From: a virus
Strand: one strand, 5' to 3'
IMG/VR virus record: IMGVR_UViG_3300027917_001949
Location: 64,001 to 128,000 of that record
Length of the DNA: 64,000 nucleotides
Shown: positions 25,406-35,486 of the stretch, in pieces
How positions within the stretch are numbered: the stretch's first letter is position 1
How the letters are laid out: each line of letters opens with the position of its first letter
Position numbers and translations under genes: made by a program
The notes under the pieces: model-generated
What the model saw: only the letters and a program-made list of their open reading frames with translations
The model's database searches: none
Told to the model about the DNA's origin: nothing

Positions 25406-27261
25406 CGCAATAGACTTATAAACGTATCCTTTTCAATGGTCTCAGGAGACAGGTCAATGTCGGCATCATCTGGTGAATCAACCATTTCCGCACCTGCATC
25501 AGATAGAACCTCAGCTAGGTCAATCGGATTCTTGTAGTAGTTGATTAACCACTGCCTGCTATGCTCTGAATAGTCATTTGAGCGTGACGTTATTGACCTA
25601 CCAAGATTTGTCTCGGCAAAGTAGAATCTCGTCATCTCAGAACCAGTAACCAATAACCCCAACATTTTTTGTTTGTCGGTTTGCGTAGAGTTTGTGATAA
25701 CCTCGACGTTATTAGGGTCAACGGTACGCTTGTTCCATAATCTTTCCTTGTTTGATGCTACTAATATCTTGAATGGTACAGGAACGCTCGCATTGTAATT
25801 GAAGTAGTTCAAGTACATTAGATACGCTTTTTCCTCTTTCTGCTTCTTCACGTAGTACAACTCTGTCGCACCATTACGTGCATCAGTAAGGTCACCTGAG
25901 AATAGAACCCTATCCTCGTAACGGTATGAGGCATCCCATCCAAATTTCGTGTTCAGTTCAACTAACGAAAGGTCAAGGTCGATTCTGTGACCATCGACAT
26001 TCTTCCAGTAGACACCGGCAACCATGTTCGTTGGTAACTCTACATAACTTCCAGATGGTAAGTTACCAGTAAACTGCTTCTCTGTAGCAGGAAGAGCATA
26101 GTGTATGGTATCAGGTATGTATACTTTCTTACCCTCTACATTACCTGCTATATCCTCAACGATTGAATACATCACATCATCAAGAACTGATGTAACTTCG
26201 TCCTGCTTAATAAAGCTGAATGACTTCGCATAACCACGCCCATTACGTATCCTATAAAGGATTGATGGTGACTCGCTCAACCTGAACTTAAGAGCATATG
26301 CAAGTCTAATCTTTCTGAATACATTTACGTCATTAATTGCATTAGCAAATGTTTCGTGGTCAAATGTACCCTGAGCTATCTTTGCTGTAACAAGATTAAG
26401 GTAGTCCTCCGGTAGTGGTGTGTGATGTTTAGGGGCAAGACGACGTACCTTGTTAACCAATGTCTTTAGTCTCTGATTAGTTCTGAATGCTAAGAACAGC
26501 GGTTTGAACCTGTAGAATATCTTTGCCAATTCCTGTAATCCATACTGCTTCTCGTAATCGGTGAATATTTTGGTTACATGAAGATTGTCTGTTGATTTGA
26601 TTTCCTGTATTACAGCACGGCTCTTGATTAGAAGAGTCTTACCGGTTGCCTTGTAGATGGCATAACGTAATAGCTCAGTCGGATTCTTTGGAATTAGACC
26701 GGCATATTCATATAGCATTATTTTGACTTCTTTATTCTTCACCTTTTCGAAGTCAGTGAAGTCAACAAACAGAGCAACCTCTACCACCGCTTTGATGGTG
26801 TCGGTATGTAATGCAATACCAGATTCAAGCATTGCTATCAGCTTCTCAGTTAGTTCCTCTTTCGTATACCCCTTGATGACAGTCAGCTTTATTTTATCCA
26901 ACTTCACCTTGGGAACGTTTAGAGCTTCATCCGGTATATACACATAGTCGCTGTCAATACCAAAAGCTTCGAAACCATAGGTAGTAAAGTAGTGCATGAT
27001 TTGCTCAATAACAAGTTGCTCGATACTGGCATCACGAACTTTTGCCCAGGATTTGTGGAAGGTGCTGTTCATTTGCTCGCCAGAAAGACCAACGGTCTTG
27101 GTGACCAGTTCGACTAACTCGTTATAGTTGGTATAATTAGCAATAACCTCCGGTGCAAAAACGAATCCGAGTGGTATCGTTCGTTTCATCAATGCTTCAT
27201 CGGTCTTTGTCTCCCTCTTGTTTATAGGTAATGCTCTGAATAATTTAATTGTTGCTTCCAT
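25402..27261 (-). CDS. Large conserved phage protein with TerD-like C-terminal region
   Basis: About 619 aa; VYW...RIDLDLS...GWD...FSGDLTDA pattern resembles TerD-like domains. Confidence 0.65.
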   Translation of the reverse strand: MEATIKLFRALPINKRETKTDEALMKRTIPLGFVFAPEVIANYTNYNELVELVTKTVGLSGEQMNSTFHKSWAKVRDASIEQLVIEQIMHYFTTYGFEAFGIDSDYVYIPDEALNVPKVKLDKIKLTVIKGYTKEELTEKLIAMLESGIALHTDTIKAVVEVALFVDFTDFEKVKNKEVKIMLYEYAGLIPKNPTELLRYAIYKATGKTLLIKSRAVIQEIKSTDNLHVTKIFTDYEKQYGLQELAKIFYRFKPLFLAFRTNQRLKTLVNKVRRLAPKHHTPLPEDYLNLVTAKIAQGTFDHETFANAINDVNVFRKIRLAYALKFRLSESPSILYRIRNGRGYAKSFSFIKQDEVTSVLDDVMYSIVEDIAGNVEGKKVYIPDTIHYALPATEKQFTGNLPSGSYVELPTNMVAGVYWKNVDGHRIDLDLSLVELNTKFGWDASYRYEDRVLFSGDLTDARNGATELYYVKKQKEEKAYLMYLNYFNYNASVPVPFKILVASNKERLWNKRTVDPNNVEVITNSTQTDKQKMLGLLVTGSEMTRFYFAETNLGRSITSRSNDYSEHSRQWLINYYKNPIDLAEVLSDAGAEMVDSPDDADIDLSPETIEKDTFISLLR

Positions 27262-27276
27262 TCTTCTCCCTCTGCC

Positions 27277-27496
27277 GGAAAGGGTGGTCATATTCACGGT
27301 ATTTCCGATTGTGGAACTAATCCACTCAGCCTGACCACCCTTCCGAACTAATGCGGCGAGCAGTATAAAAATGCAAAGTTTATTTTATAGGAACTGCTTC
27401 TGCCGTTATTTACCTGAGCGAGTAGTAAATATCGCACAGCCATCCCACCCGTAGGTAGGTAGGCTGTAAGTCAGAAATAGGAACTACTTATGCTCA
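27277..27496 (-). ncRNA. Three tandem RNA hairpins; two share a covarying motif
   Basis: GCA(T/G)AAG(T/C)AGTTCCTAT...TACT(A/G)CTCGC in two units (27353-27406, 27415-27496); third hairpin GGAAGGGTGGTCA/TGACCACCCTTTCC. Confidence 0.55.
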
Positions 27497-28497
27497 TATT
27501 CCAAACTGAGATTATACACTGGACAACTTCTACAATTACTTAATACTCGTGTACGGAACATCTTTGTTTCCTCAGCATTCCACACATCTCGTACAAAATC
27601 CTCACATCCCAGTACATCCACACCGGAGAACTCGGGTTCACCCTCAGAAAAACTGCATGGGTATCCTATTCCATCGACATTAATGTAGTAGGAAAACAGT
27701 GTACTCTCACACGGTTCGGACATTGTTTTGTATAGTTCGTAATTCTTATCGTCCTTAACAGCTTCCAAGAAATTGTTAGCCGTACAACTATCGAATCCGA
27801 ACTTACCACCGACCTTGACCGCAAGGTCTATCAACTCTTTGAATTTCTCCATAGAGTCCAGTTGTTTTAGAGTATTCCTTTCCCCTTTCGGTTTTAACCA
27901 CAAGAACACTACAGCGTTTAATTTCGCTAGACGGGGGTCTGCAATCCGGTCACGCAGCACGTTGCAGCATTTTTCATAGGTTAGTTTTGAAAGGAGACAG
28001 TGTATGTTAACCTGTTCCATGCCTTTGTCTGTTAAATTCTTAACAGCATTGTAACAGGTATCCTTGTCGTAGAGACTGACGGCGACTGCACCGCAGGTTT
28101 TCACCAGTCGGTCATACCGCTCGTCAGTCATCCGTTCACCGTTTATGGTGACATTGGGGATAACGTTGTTATCACGACAGTAATCCATTATCTTCCACAT
28201 ATCGGGATTGCCGTCAATGTCCCCGATTCCGAAAGCAATTTGTGTGAGGTGTTTGGGGAATTTATCGAACATTGTCTTAAATGTTTCAAATTCCATGTAG
28301 TCACCGTACTTAATGTTAGATTTGTAACACCATAGACATTGTCTACTACATACAGTGCTAATTTCTATGTCCATTATCTCCGGTCCAAATGGCGACCAAT
28401 CAGGGTCATCATCTTCAGTCTTACCCCAACGAGCAAAGAACCCGTTAGTTGTGTTGAATACAAAATTATAATCCGGTGATTTGAATTCTTTAAACAA
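27484..28497 (-). CDS. Radical SAM protein with C-terminal SPASM/Twitch-like Cys
   Basis: CSRQCLWC (CX3CX2C); CES..YINVDG..YPCSF; CRSCP. Confidence 0.9.
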   Translation of the reverse strand: MFKEFKSPDYNFVFNTTNGFFARWGKTEDDDPDWSPFGPEIMDIEISTVCSRQCLWCYKSNIKYGDYMEFETFKTMFDKFPKHLTQIAFGIGDIDGNPDMWKIMDYCRDNNVIPNVTINGERMTDERYDRLVKTCGAVAVSLYDKDTCYNAVKNLTDKGMEQVNIHCLLSKLTYEKCCNVLRDRIADPRLAKLNAVVFLWLKPKGERNTLKQLDSMEKFKELIDLAVKVGGKFGFDSCTANNFLEAVKDDKNYELYKTMSEPCESTLFSYYINVDGIGYPCSFSEGEPEFSGVDVLGCEDFVRDVWNAEETKMFRTRVLSNCRSCPVYNLSLEYEHK

Positions 28498-29576
28498 CTG
28501 CTTTCTCCAATATCGACATTAAGTGGTCGATATTATCTTTAATTTTGTCTGGTTCGATGTAGAAATATTTACCGTTAGTATAATCACCCCTGACAGCTAA
28601 TACCGACCGCCATAATTCCTCATCATCTCGGTCTGTGTCCAAGTTTAAGTGGAAAAAACAGCTACCACACGTCCAACCATTATGTTGGATACCACAGCCT
28701 GTTTTGTCCAACAGTAACCTCTTAAGTTTACCAAGTTTATAATTGCTGATAATCATTTATACTCCAATTTTCTCTGCAAAGTTTGCTACGTTGAGCATCT
28801 CGTCGATTAAATTATGTAGTCCGTTCGATAATTCTATGTAAACTTCTAATGGTATTGTTGGTTTCTCAATACGATTATCCCTAGTAAATGTCCTACTCCA
28901 ATTATCTGCCGCTGACCATCGTGACTTTTTCTGCTTTCTGGTTTGTCGTTGGTAATGGTCAAGATATAGTCGTGATTGCGACATGTCCACACTCATGTAG
29001 AACGTATATACTTCTCGCTCTAGGTCATTGACGTTATGTGTTATTTCGAATCTCATTTAATCCGTACCCATTTGTGCTTCTTCATATTCTCGAACAATAT
29101 CCCATCTCAGAATCAGTAGGAAGTATAATTCCTCAGCCGCTTCTTTGAGACGTAAACTTACGTCGAGTAGTTCGTCCATCGCTTTGGCTCGTTTCTTTGC
29201 TGCCCATCGTATCATTAACCAAGAGCAAACTCCGACGAACGCTGGAAGAGCAATACCAACCACCACTGCACCAGTTGTATTAATCATAGTGAAATGCTCT
29301 CTTTTCTGCCAGTTGTTTTTCGATGTCCATGCTTAATGAGTAAACTTCCATGATTCTCTGCATGTTTACATCATCATATTCAGCTTCGACTTCACGAACA
29401 TCTTGGTCTCTCGTCACAAATACCGGATAATCTTCCCAACTAAAGGTGTCGCACACAACAATCATATGCGTTAAGTCATCCGGTGAGTAACCATGCATAC
29501 GACAATAAAACTCTCGGTATTCGTTGCTTAACCACTCTTTTATTTCAGCAGTTGTCATATCTTCTCCAGTATCTTT

Positions 29577-29605
29577 ATTATAACATGTGCCAGGAGATTT
29601 GTCAA
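29577..29605 (-). promoter_or_regulatory. Sigma70-type promoter
   Basis: TTGACA-17-TATAAT with TG extension. Confidence 0.75.
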
Positions 29606-29618
29606 GACTGGGTAACGG

Positions 29619-30188
29619 CTATTCATAATCCTTTGATTGGAGTAACTTAATTGCATTAAGGAATTCATCAGCGTCCGGTAAGTCATCTAAGGCAAACACC
29701 GCCACAGGTTTAACGGTGTCGTAATCACCATCAGTATCGTAGTCATCAAACCTACCAATAATAGTAATATCTTCCCTATCGTTCTTATCTCGGTCTATTT
29801 TCATACCACCTTCAAACACTTCAAACGTGTTCTCGTCAAGGTCAATCACATATGCCCACTCGCAAAATAAACTGTCACCGGCGAAATCAATGTTGTTGAC
29901 CAGCTTCAATTTTCTCTTGCTGTTTTGAATCATTGGCAATAGCTTGGCACTGGTATCACGGCTAAATTCTGCACGGTCTGCCAGTGTCTTCTGTGGTATT
30001 TTATCGTATTCTGCACCGGTTATCCATGTTAATTTGTCTACCTGTTTCTCAAACTTCGGTCTGTCCCACGTATGCAAGAACTGTAAAATGTCAATCCCCT
30101 GACCGCTAGGATAACCATCCCATTGTCCGTATTGAGCAACCTTGTACTCACCACCTTTATACACACAAATTAAATGTCTCGTTCCCAC
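29619..30188 (-). CDS. Conserved phage protein (GTRHL...QYGQWDGYP...EWAYVIDLD)
   Basis: Family-like motifs; GGAGG SD before GTG. Confidence 0.75.
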   Translation of the reverse strand: MGTRHLICVYKGGEYKVAQYGQWDGYPSGQGIDILQFLHTWDRPKFEKQVDKLTWITGAEYDKIPQKTLADRAEFSRDTSAKLLPMIQNSKRKLKLVNNIDFAGDSLFCEWAYVIDLDENTFEVFEGGMKIDRDKNDREDITIIGRFDDYDTDGDYDTVKPVAVFALDDLPDADEFLNAIKLLQSKDYE

Positions 30189-30583
30189 TATAGTCCTCCC
30201 GTATGACGAAATTCTTTTTCGGTATAACAACGAAACCTATCGTAACAGTCATCACATGACTTCACTGTAAAGGTTTCTTTAAGAAACTCCATACTATCGG
30301 TGTCACCATCCTCTGCCTTTTTCCTGATAAACTCAATCATCTTTGGTGATGCACAGATTATGTCAGCATTGGCTTTGTCTTCTACCTCACAATTCAAACC
30401 ATGCGTGAACCCTATGCTTCTTCCTTCTTGATGGAGTGTGGCAATTTCCATGACCGCTTCTCCGGTAAGCTCTCGCAAGCATTTCGAAGCTTTTTTACGG
30501 ACACAAATATCCTTGCATCCGTTGTCATCAGACGGATACCACTCGCCTTGTGTATAGTTAGGTAACTTAATTCTAACTGCCAT
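30188..30583 (-). CDS. Hypothetical Cys-module protein (CDDCYDRFRCYT)
   Basis: TQGEW...ANADII pattern plus C-terminal motif. Confidence 0.65.
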   Translation of the reverse strand: MAVRIKLPNYTQGEWYPSDDNGCKDICVRKKASKCLRELTGEAVMEIATLHQEGRSIGFTHGLNCEVEDKANADIICASPKMIEFIRKKAEDGDTDSMEFLKETFTVKSCDDCYDRFRCYTEKEFRHTGGL

Positions 30584-31283
30584 AACTGCTACGTGTTCCT
30601 TCGATGTATGTCCTACCCTCAATAATGAAGTCATCCAGTTCTTCTTCGTTGAGCCATTCCTTAATCTTGATGACTCGACCATTCCTAGTCGTCTCTCGTA
30701 TGACCTTTATTTGATTTGGCATCTCTTTTGCAAGCATTTCAAAGTTGTTGCGAACCACTCCAAGATAGTTAAAGTTTCTTTCGCACCACTTCACAGTACC
30801 TTCTTCCTGCCAACGTTCCTCAATTCGCTCAATGTTCCACTCTAATGGGGGAAGGAGAACGATGAACTTCTCCGGTTTTGGTGTGTTTGATATTTCATAT
30901 TGAAAATCAGCATTAATAAGAATCTTCTCAGCGTAATGAGCCGGTAACCACCCCATCTCCACACATGTACGCACATATGCGGTGTCATCAAGAAAACACC
31001 TGTCGCCAATCACAACTGACTTAGGTGGTTGTGTCATCGCATAGTTAAGGTTCTCCCTATGTTCAATACAGTGTAGTGCGTTTCTCCAAAGTTGGCGGCT
31101 GACATTATCTGTCAATCCCTCCATATGAGCTATTTGCTCTTTAACCCGACCAGTATCAAATTGTTTTAAGTCATCTATCAGCGTTGATTTGCCGACCCCA
31201 TGTGGACCACACAGATACACGATTTGTCTGTTGACCCTCGTATCAAACTCGAATACTGGTGGTGGTGTTATTTCACAAGTCAT
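30573..31283 (-). CDS. P-loop nucleoside/nucleotide kinase (dNK/thymidylate kinase-like)
   Basis: GPHGVGKST Walker A, IGDR motif. Confidence 0.8.
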   Translation of the reverse strand: MTCEITPPPVFEFDTRVNRQIVYLCGPHGVGKSTLIDDLKQFDTGRVKEQIAHMEGLTDNVSRQLWRNALHCIEHRENLNYAMTQPPKSVVIGDRCFLDDTAYVRTCVEMGWLPAHYAEKILINADFQYEISNTPKPEKFIVLLPPLEWNIERIEERWQEEGTVKWCERNFNYLGVVRNNFEMLAKEMPNQIKVIRETTRNGRVIKIKEWLNEEELDDFIIEGRTYIEGTRSSYGS

Positions 31284-31696
31284 TCTTCGTCCTCCACAGT
31301 TACTTGAATGTGCCCAAATTCCGCAGGTACTTTAACGTGCCGTAACTCATCAGTATAAACCACGTCATTCTTTAATTCTGGTGTGGCTATTTTCTTAACT
31401 AAGTCACGGGCGGTCACATCTCGTAGTGACTTAACTCCCTTAAATGATGACAATGGTATCTCAATAGGTTCATTACGGTCTGTAAAACACTGAAATCGCA
31501 GACTACATTGCCCGCACAACGTATCAATGCTTCGCTCTCGCCCGTAACAATGATACTCCTTATATCTCTCGTTATCATAATTATGATTCTTGTCATCAAA
31601 TACTATTCGTATTACCTGACCATGGTCTCTACTCATAACAGTAAAACCTCTGTTTACATGATTTACATTTATTATCTCCCGTCCACCACTTCTCAC
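31280..31696 (-). CDS. Hypothetical Cys-module protein (CGQCSLRFQCFT)
   Basis: Recurrent motif; start uncertain. Confidence 0.65.
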   Translation of the reverse strand: MRSGGREIINVNHVNRGFTVMSRDHGQVIRIVFDDKNHNYDNERYKEYHCYGRERSIDTLCGQCSLRFQCFTDRNEPIEIPLSSFKGVKSLRDVTARDLVKKIATPELKNDVVYTDELRHVKVPAEFGHIQVTVEDEE

Positions 31697-32357
31697 ACGT
31701 GTCTCGGAATGCGTTCATTTCGGCAATAATAGGTTTTGCATTAATGTCCTTGCTGAGTGGTGAATCAACTAGACGGAATTGCTTATCGACATGCTGATGT
31801 TGCATAGCATATTCGACAGCCTCTTTTATCTTAGTCCTTATATCTCTACCACGTTCGCTATTCTTTCCCCCACTATGAGCTATTGCCGCAGGATGGTATG
31901 ACACGATTACATCATAATTTCTCCAATCAAAGGTAGTGCAGACAATCTCTTTCATTGGTATCTTACCATTCCCACCAAGAGCTACGTACGGTACTTTACC
32001 CATACAAACAATGACTTCTGGTAATAGATTATCTATCTCCGCTATCATCCGTTCGTTGCACCACGTAATTTCTGCGTCGTTGGGGGTGCGATTATAGATT
32101 CGTCCGTCATTTACCTTTGTAGGTCTACATGTGACAGCGTTAACATAACTCGCATCTTCACGCCTGCCACCACACTCCTCTATAATATCCATCAAGTCTC
32201 TGCCAGCAATCCCCACTAGAGGACGACCTTCTTGTGTCTCATTGAATCCTGGAGCTTCGGCAAGATAAAGTATCTTAGTGTCGTTTATCTCTGACGGCAC
32301 AAGAACTGCTTGTTTTAGCGTACATTCGTCGCACTTACCCTTTGGTGCTTTTTCCAT
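31629..32357 (-). CDS. udg: Uracil-DNA glycosylase family 4 with appended Cys module
   Basis: CxxC, AEAPG..E, GRPLVG.AG, NAVTCRP, YHPAA; tail CKSCKQRFYCY. Confidence 0.9.
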   Translation of the reverse strand: MEKAPKGKCDECTLKQAVLVPSEINDTKILYLAEAPGFNETQEGRPLVGIAGRDLMDIIEECGGRREDASYVNAVTCRPTKVNDGRIYNRTPNDAEITWCNERMIAEIDNLLPEVIVCMGKVPYVALGGNGKIPMKEIVCTTFDWRNYDVIVSYHPAAIAHSGGKNSERGRDIRTKIKEAVEYAMQHQHVDKQFRLVDSPLSKDINAKPIIAEMNAFRDTCEKWWTGDNKCKSCKQRFYCYE

Positions 32358-32799
32358 TTATCCTTGTCGTTCTCCCATTTATAACTGCCCATGCACTTCC
32401 GCCTTGGTCAACTGCCAGTCCACAATTAGGACATGCAACAATAGTCATCGCTATCTCAGGTTCATTCTCCCATACAAATTCATGCCCACAGCTACTACAC
32501 GTTATCTTGTCCATCATCCCATCCATTAAAAGGTTTGAAACATCTACCAGTTTTTAGGAAGTCATCTTCGGTCTCCATTATTGCTGGTTCTCTGTCAGGA
32601 CAATAATGAAACCCTCTTTTAAGCATTTCTGCCTCGACAGTTTTTACCAACCTATCTAGAAATTGCTTATAAGTTTCAGATGATTCTCTAAGATAGATAA
32701 ACTCATGGTCACATACACCGGACATTGGCAATATATGTCTACCCTTAAACTTTTGGTCTTGCCAACCGTCTACGAATATCCAACCGTCTTTATATCGTG

Positions 32800-33132
32800 T
32801 CATTCTAAATTCTCTGGATAGTTTTTATCGCTCTTATCGACCTTTACCACATCTTTACCGGTTGCCACATAAGAGTCATGTTTGCTCATCGTATAGTTTA
32901 TTCTTCCCTCACCAAACATATACTCCGCCAACCCCTTTAAGTCCTTTATTCCGTGTTCAAGTGCCATCTCCTGAGAAATGAACACCTCATTCCGTTCCGA
33001 TAGACATTTGAATCTCAATCGACAACCCACACACAGATATTTCTCTCTGCCACGACAATCAAATCTCTCTGTTGTCGTTATTATATCATGGTTGTGAGTT
33101 ACCTTTGGTAATTCAAGCTTAATTGTTACCAT
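32800..33132 (-). CDS. Hypothetical Cys-module protein (CVGCRLRFKCLS)
   Basis: Recurrent motif. Confidence 0.65.
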   Translation of the reverse strand: MVTIKLELPKVTHNHDIITTTERFDCRGREKYLCVGCRLRFKCLSERNEVFISQEMALEHGIKDLKGLAEYMFGEGRINYTMSKHDSYVATGKDVVKVDKSDKNYPENLE

Positions 33133-34112
33133 ATTTCCACTGGTTGTCTGTCTCCCAAGATTCTTCCTCTTGATGTGCGTTGCACAAATCCATGTGTAAG
33201 GAGATAAGGCTCAACCGTCTCTTCCAATGTTGCTCGGTCAAGTCCGGTCATTGCCGATAAATTCTGAAGACCTATTGGTTTATCGGACAAACACTTCAGA
33301 TATGCTCGGTCAGCGTTGTCCAACCCATCTGGGTCAATCTCCATGTCATCAAACCATTGCTTCAGTAACTCTGGGGTTACTTGTTTGTCATTAAGGATTA
33401 TCCGGTCATAGATTCGTTTGAAGAGGAAGAGTGCAATTCTCGCAACCGTCTTACCTCGACGAGCTACCTCGTAGCTCACATAGTCTGGACAATCATACTT
33501 CAAGTTACGTGCCGCACCTGTTACCATCTTCTGTAATTCACCTACTGAGTAGGGTTGTAACACCAACGATACGAAACGAGAACGAAGAGGACCACTCAGA
33601 CTACCTGCCGTAGTTGTTGCAGCGAGTACTGTTTGTGTCCCCTTATCCATGACAGTCAATAACCATTCCTCGTCTCGAATTGTGTGTACCTCATCTACGA
33701 CCACAACTTGAGAGGTCGGAAAGTCATCAATGTCACGTAAGTTGACAGCAGTAACATAATCATTACGACCTATCATGTCAGCAAATATCCTTGCCAAGGT
33801 GGTTTTACCGAGACCGAAACTGCCGCTAAATAATACGTGCTGTACCGGAATTCCATGCACCTTTGTTGCTTTAAGTATTGTGTCAAGTTCATCCTTAATG
33901 ACCTCTTGACCTATAAAACTCTTAAAATCAGTTGGTGTAATCAGGTCATTCCAGGCACGTTTAGAACCCTTACTCCTTCGTCTTGGCTTATCCTGTTTCT
34001 TTATACATTCCTTACATATATATCGACCATCATCAAGCGGAGTTAATTTACTATTATTTCTACCGCAGATATAACATTTATCATATATATCAAAGAATTT
34101 AAAGATGTTCAA
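33126..34112 (-). CDS. ruvB: RuvB-like Holliday junction branch-migration ATPase with N-terminal Zn finger
   Basis: FIGQE, HVLFSGSFGLGKTTLA, DEVH, ATT.AGSL..PLRSRF, EPYLL..G...RTSRGR. Confidence 0.9.
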   Translation of the reverse strand: MNIFKFFDIYDKCYICGRNNSKLTPLDDGRYICKECIKKQDKPRRRSKGSKRAWNDLITPTDFKSFIGQEVIKDELDTILKATKVHGIPVQHVLFSGSFGLGKTTLARIFADMIGRNDYVTAVNLRDIDDFPTSQVVVVDEVHTIRDEEWLLTVMDKGTQTVLAATTTAGSLSGPLRSRFVSLVLQPYSVGELQKMVTGAARNLKYDCPDYVSYEVARRGKTVARIALFLFKRIYDRIILNDKQVTPELLKQWFDDMEIDPDGLDNADRAYLKCLSDKPIGLQNLSAMTGLDRATLEETVEPYLLTHGFVQRTSRGRILGDRQPVEIW

Positions 34113-34132
34113 ATTTTCCTCACCCGTTTATT

Positions 34133-34170
34133 TGTTGGGGGATACCAGTTTAGTAGGGTTAGTATCCCCC
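34133..34170 (-). ncRNA. Hairpin GGGGGATAC...GTATCCCCC-AACA
   Basis: Inverted repeat with the same 3' end as the 75-nt elements. Confidence 0.35.
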
Positions 34171-34390
34171 ACCACCTAAATCAACTTTCTTTTCATCCTC
34201 ATTTACTCAAGTTAAGTATTATAACAAATCCTACAAAATTTCTGGTGACTGACACCAGTCCTCAAAATAACCTCTCATCGTATTGGCGACTCGTTCACCA
34301 AGGTCAGTTAAATCTTTACATGCCAATTTATCAGACCAAAACTTGAAACTCACCTCCGAACATATTTGGGTTCTATTACCCCACATATCT

Positions 34391-34419
34391 ATTATACCAC
34401 ACAACTGTTCTCATGTCAA
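34391..34419 (-). promoter_or_regulatory. Sigma70-type promoter
   Basis: TTGACA-17-TATAAT with TG extension. Confidence 0.75.
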
Positions 34420-34422
34420 CCC

Positions 34423-34986
34423 CTAGTAATGGGCATCTGCTGGTACTGCATATATATTGAGGTCGGCATATTCTTTTCTTGGTGACCCGTCATTGAGTAC
34501 ACTCCACTTCGATAAAACATTTTTTAGATGTTCCTCGTTACGAATACCCTCACCGTCTTGGTCGTATAGTTTTATAGTATAACCAGCATACCTGCCACAA
34601 TTATAACACCAATGTCTGAATTGACCATCATCCATTAATTCATCATCCGTTTTAATGTTTATGTCATTTCTGATGTACCTGATGTTCTCTATAAAATGTT
34701 CCTTCGTATACCCCATCGCCTCGTCAAGAATACTATTAATTTTTCCGGTGAAGCAACGAAATCTTTCACTACAAAAATCACACTTAACAGACCCAAATTC
34801 ACCACATATCTTCGTAGCCACGGGAAGCTCACCCCACCGTGCAGTGGCATATGTTTCTTTAAAGGTACTGTAGTAATCGAATGGGAAATGTGATTCACCA
34901 CAAAGGTCATCAAAGATACTCTCTGCCTGTGCTAGAGCATCTTCCTCATCCTCAGCGTAGACTAACGCATATATAACTGTGTGCAT
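34423..34986 (-). CDS. Hypothetical protein with internal Cys module (CDFCSERFRCFT)
   Basis: 187 aa; MH...DAHY termini. Confidence 0.75.
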   Translation of the reverse strand: MHTVIYALVYAEDEEDALAQAESIFDDLCGESHFPFDYYSTFKETYATARWGELPVATKICGEFGSVKCDFCSERFRCFTGKINSILDEAMGYTKEHFIENIRYIRNDINIKTDDELMDDGQFRHWCYNCGRYAGYTIKLYDQDGEGIRNEEHLKNVLSKWSVLNDGSPRKEYADLNIYAVPADAHY

Positions 34987-35486
34987 TATTCTTCACCCCA
35001 TCCAAGTTTGTCTAAACCAAATTCTCGTACAATCTTATTCGCAGTTTTCTCACCCCACCCCGATGCTACCGACCTCAATGAAAGGGTGATTATGTTGTGA
35101 GAGTATTCTTTCACATCAACGTATGGTAGCTCATTCAGAATCAAGTTCTTCCACTGTAGTAACGTCCTACCTGTTCCGTTCGTTGTATCAACTTGCTTCC
35201 ACTCCTCTGCCGTCAGGATAAGGTCATCACGATGCGTCCAGCACTTGAAACGAGCAGGGCATCGATTACATGTCATACGTGGACATTTCTCCGTAACAAT
35301 TTCATTCCATCCGTTTTCTGGGTTCAAGTATTCAACACGAATCTGACGAACTTTCCTACGTACTCGTCGCTTCTTTGGTTCTTGTGATGCCAGTACTCGG
35401 TAGCGTTTATTCCACGCTTCTTCTACCTTGTTCATACCGGTTATCTCTCCGTAAAACATTTGAATCGATGTAAACAAGTATTGCAA
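34986..35486 (-). CDS. Hypothetical Cys-module protein (CNRCPARFKCWT)
   Basis: Recurrent motif; start probably 35435. Confidence 0.7.
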   Translation of the reverse strand: MQYLFTSIQMFYGEITGMNKVEEAWNKRYRVLASQEPKKRRVRRKVRQIRVEYLNPENGWNEIVTEKCPRMTCNRCPARFKCWTHRDDLILTAEEWKQVDTTNGTGRTLLQWKNLILNELPYVDVKEYSHNIITLSLRSVASGWGEKTANKIVREFGLDKLGWGEE

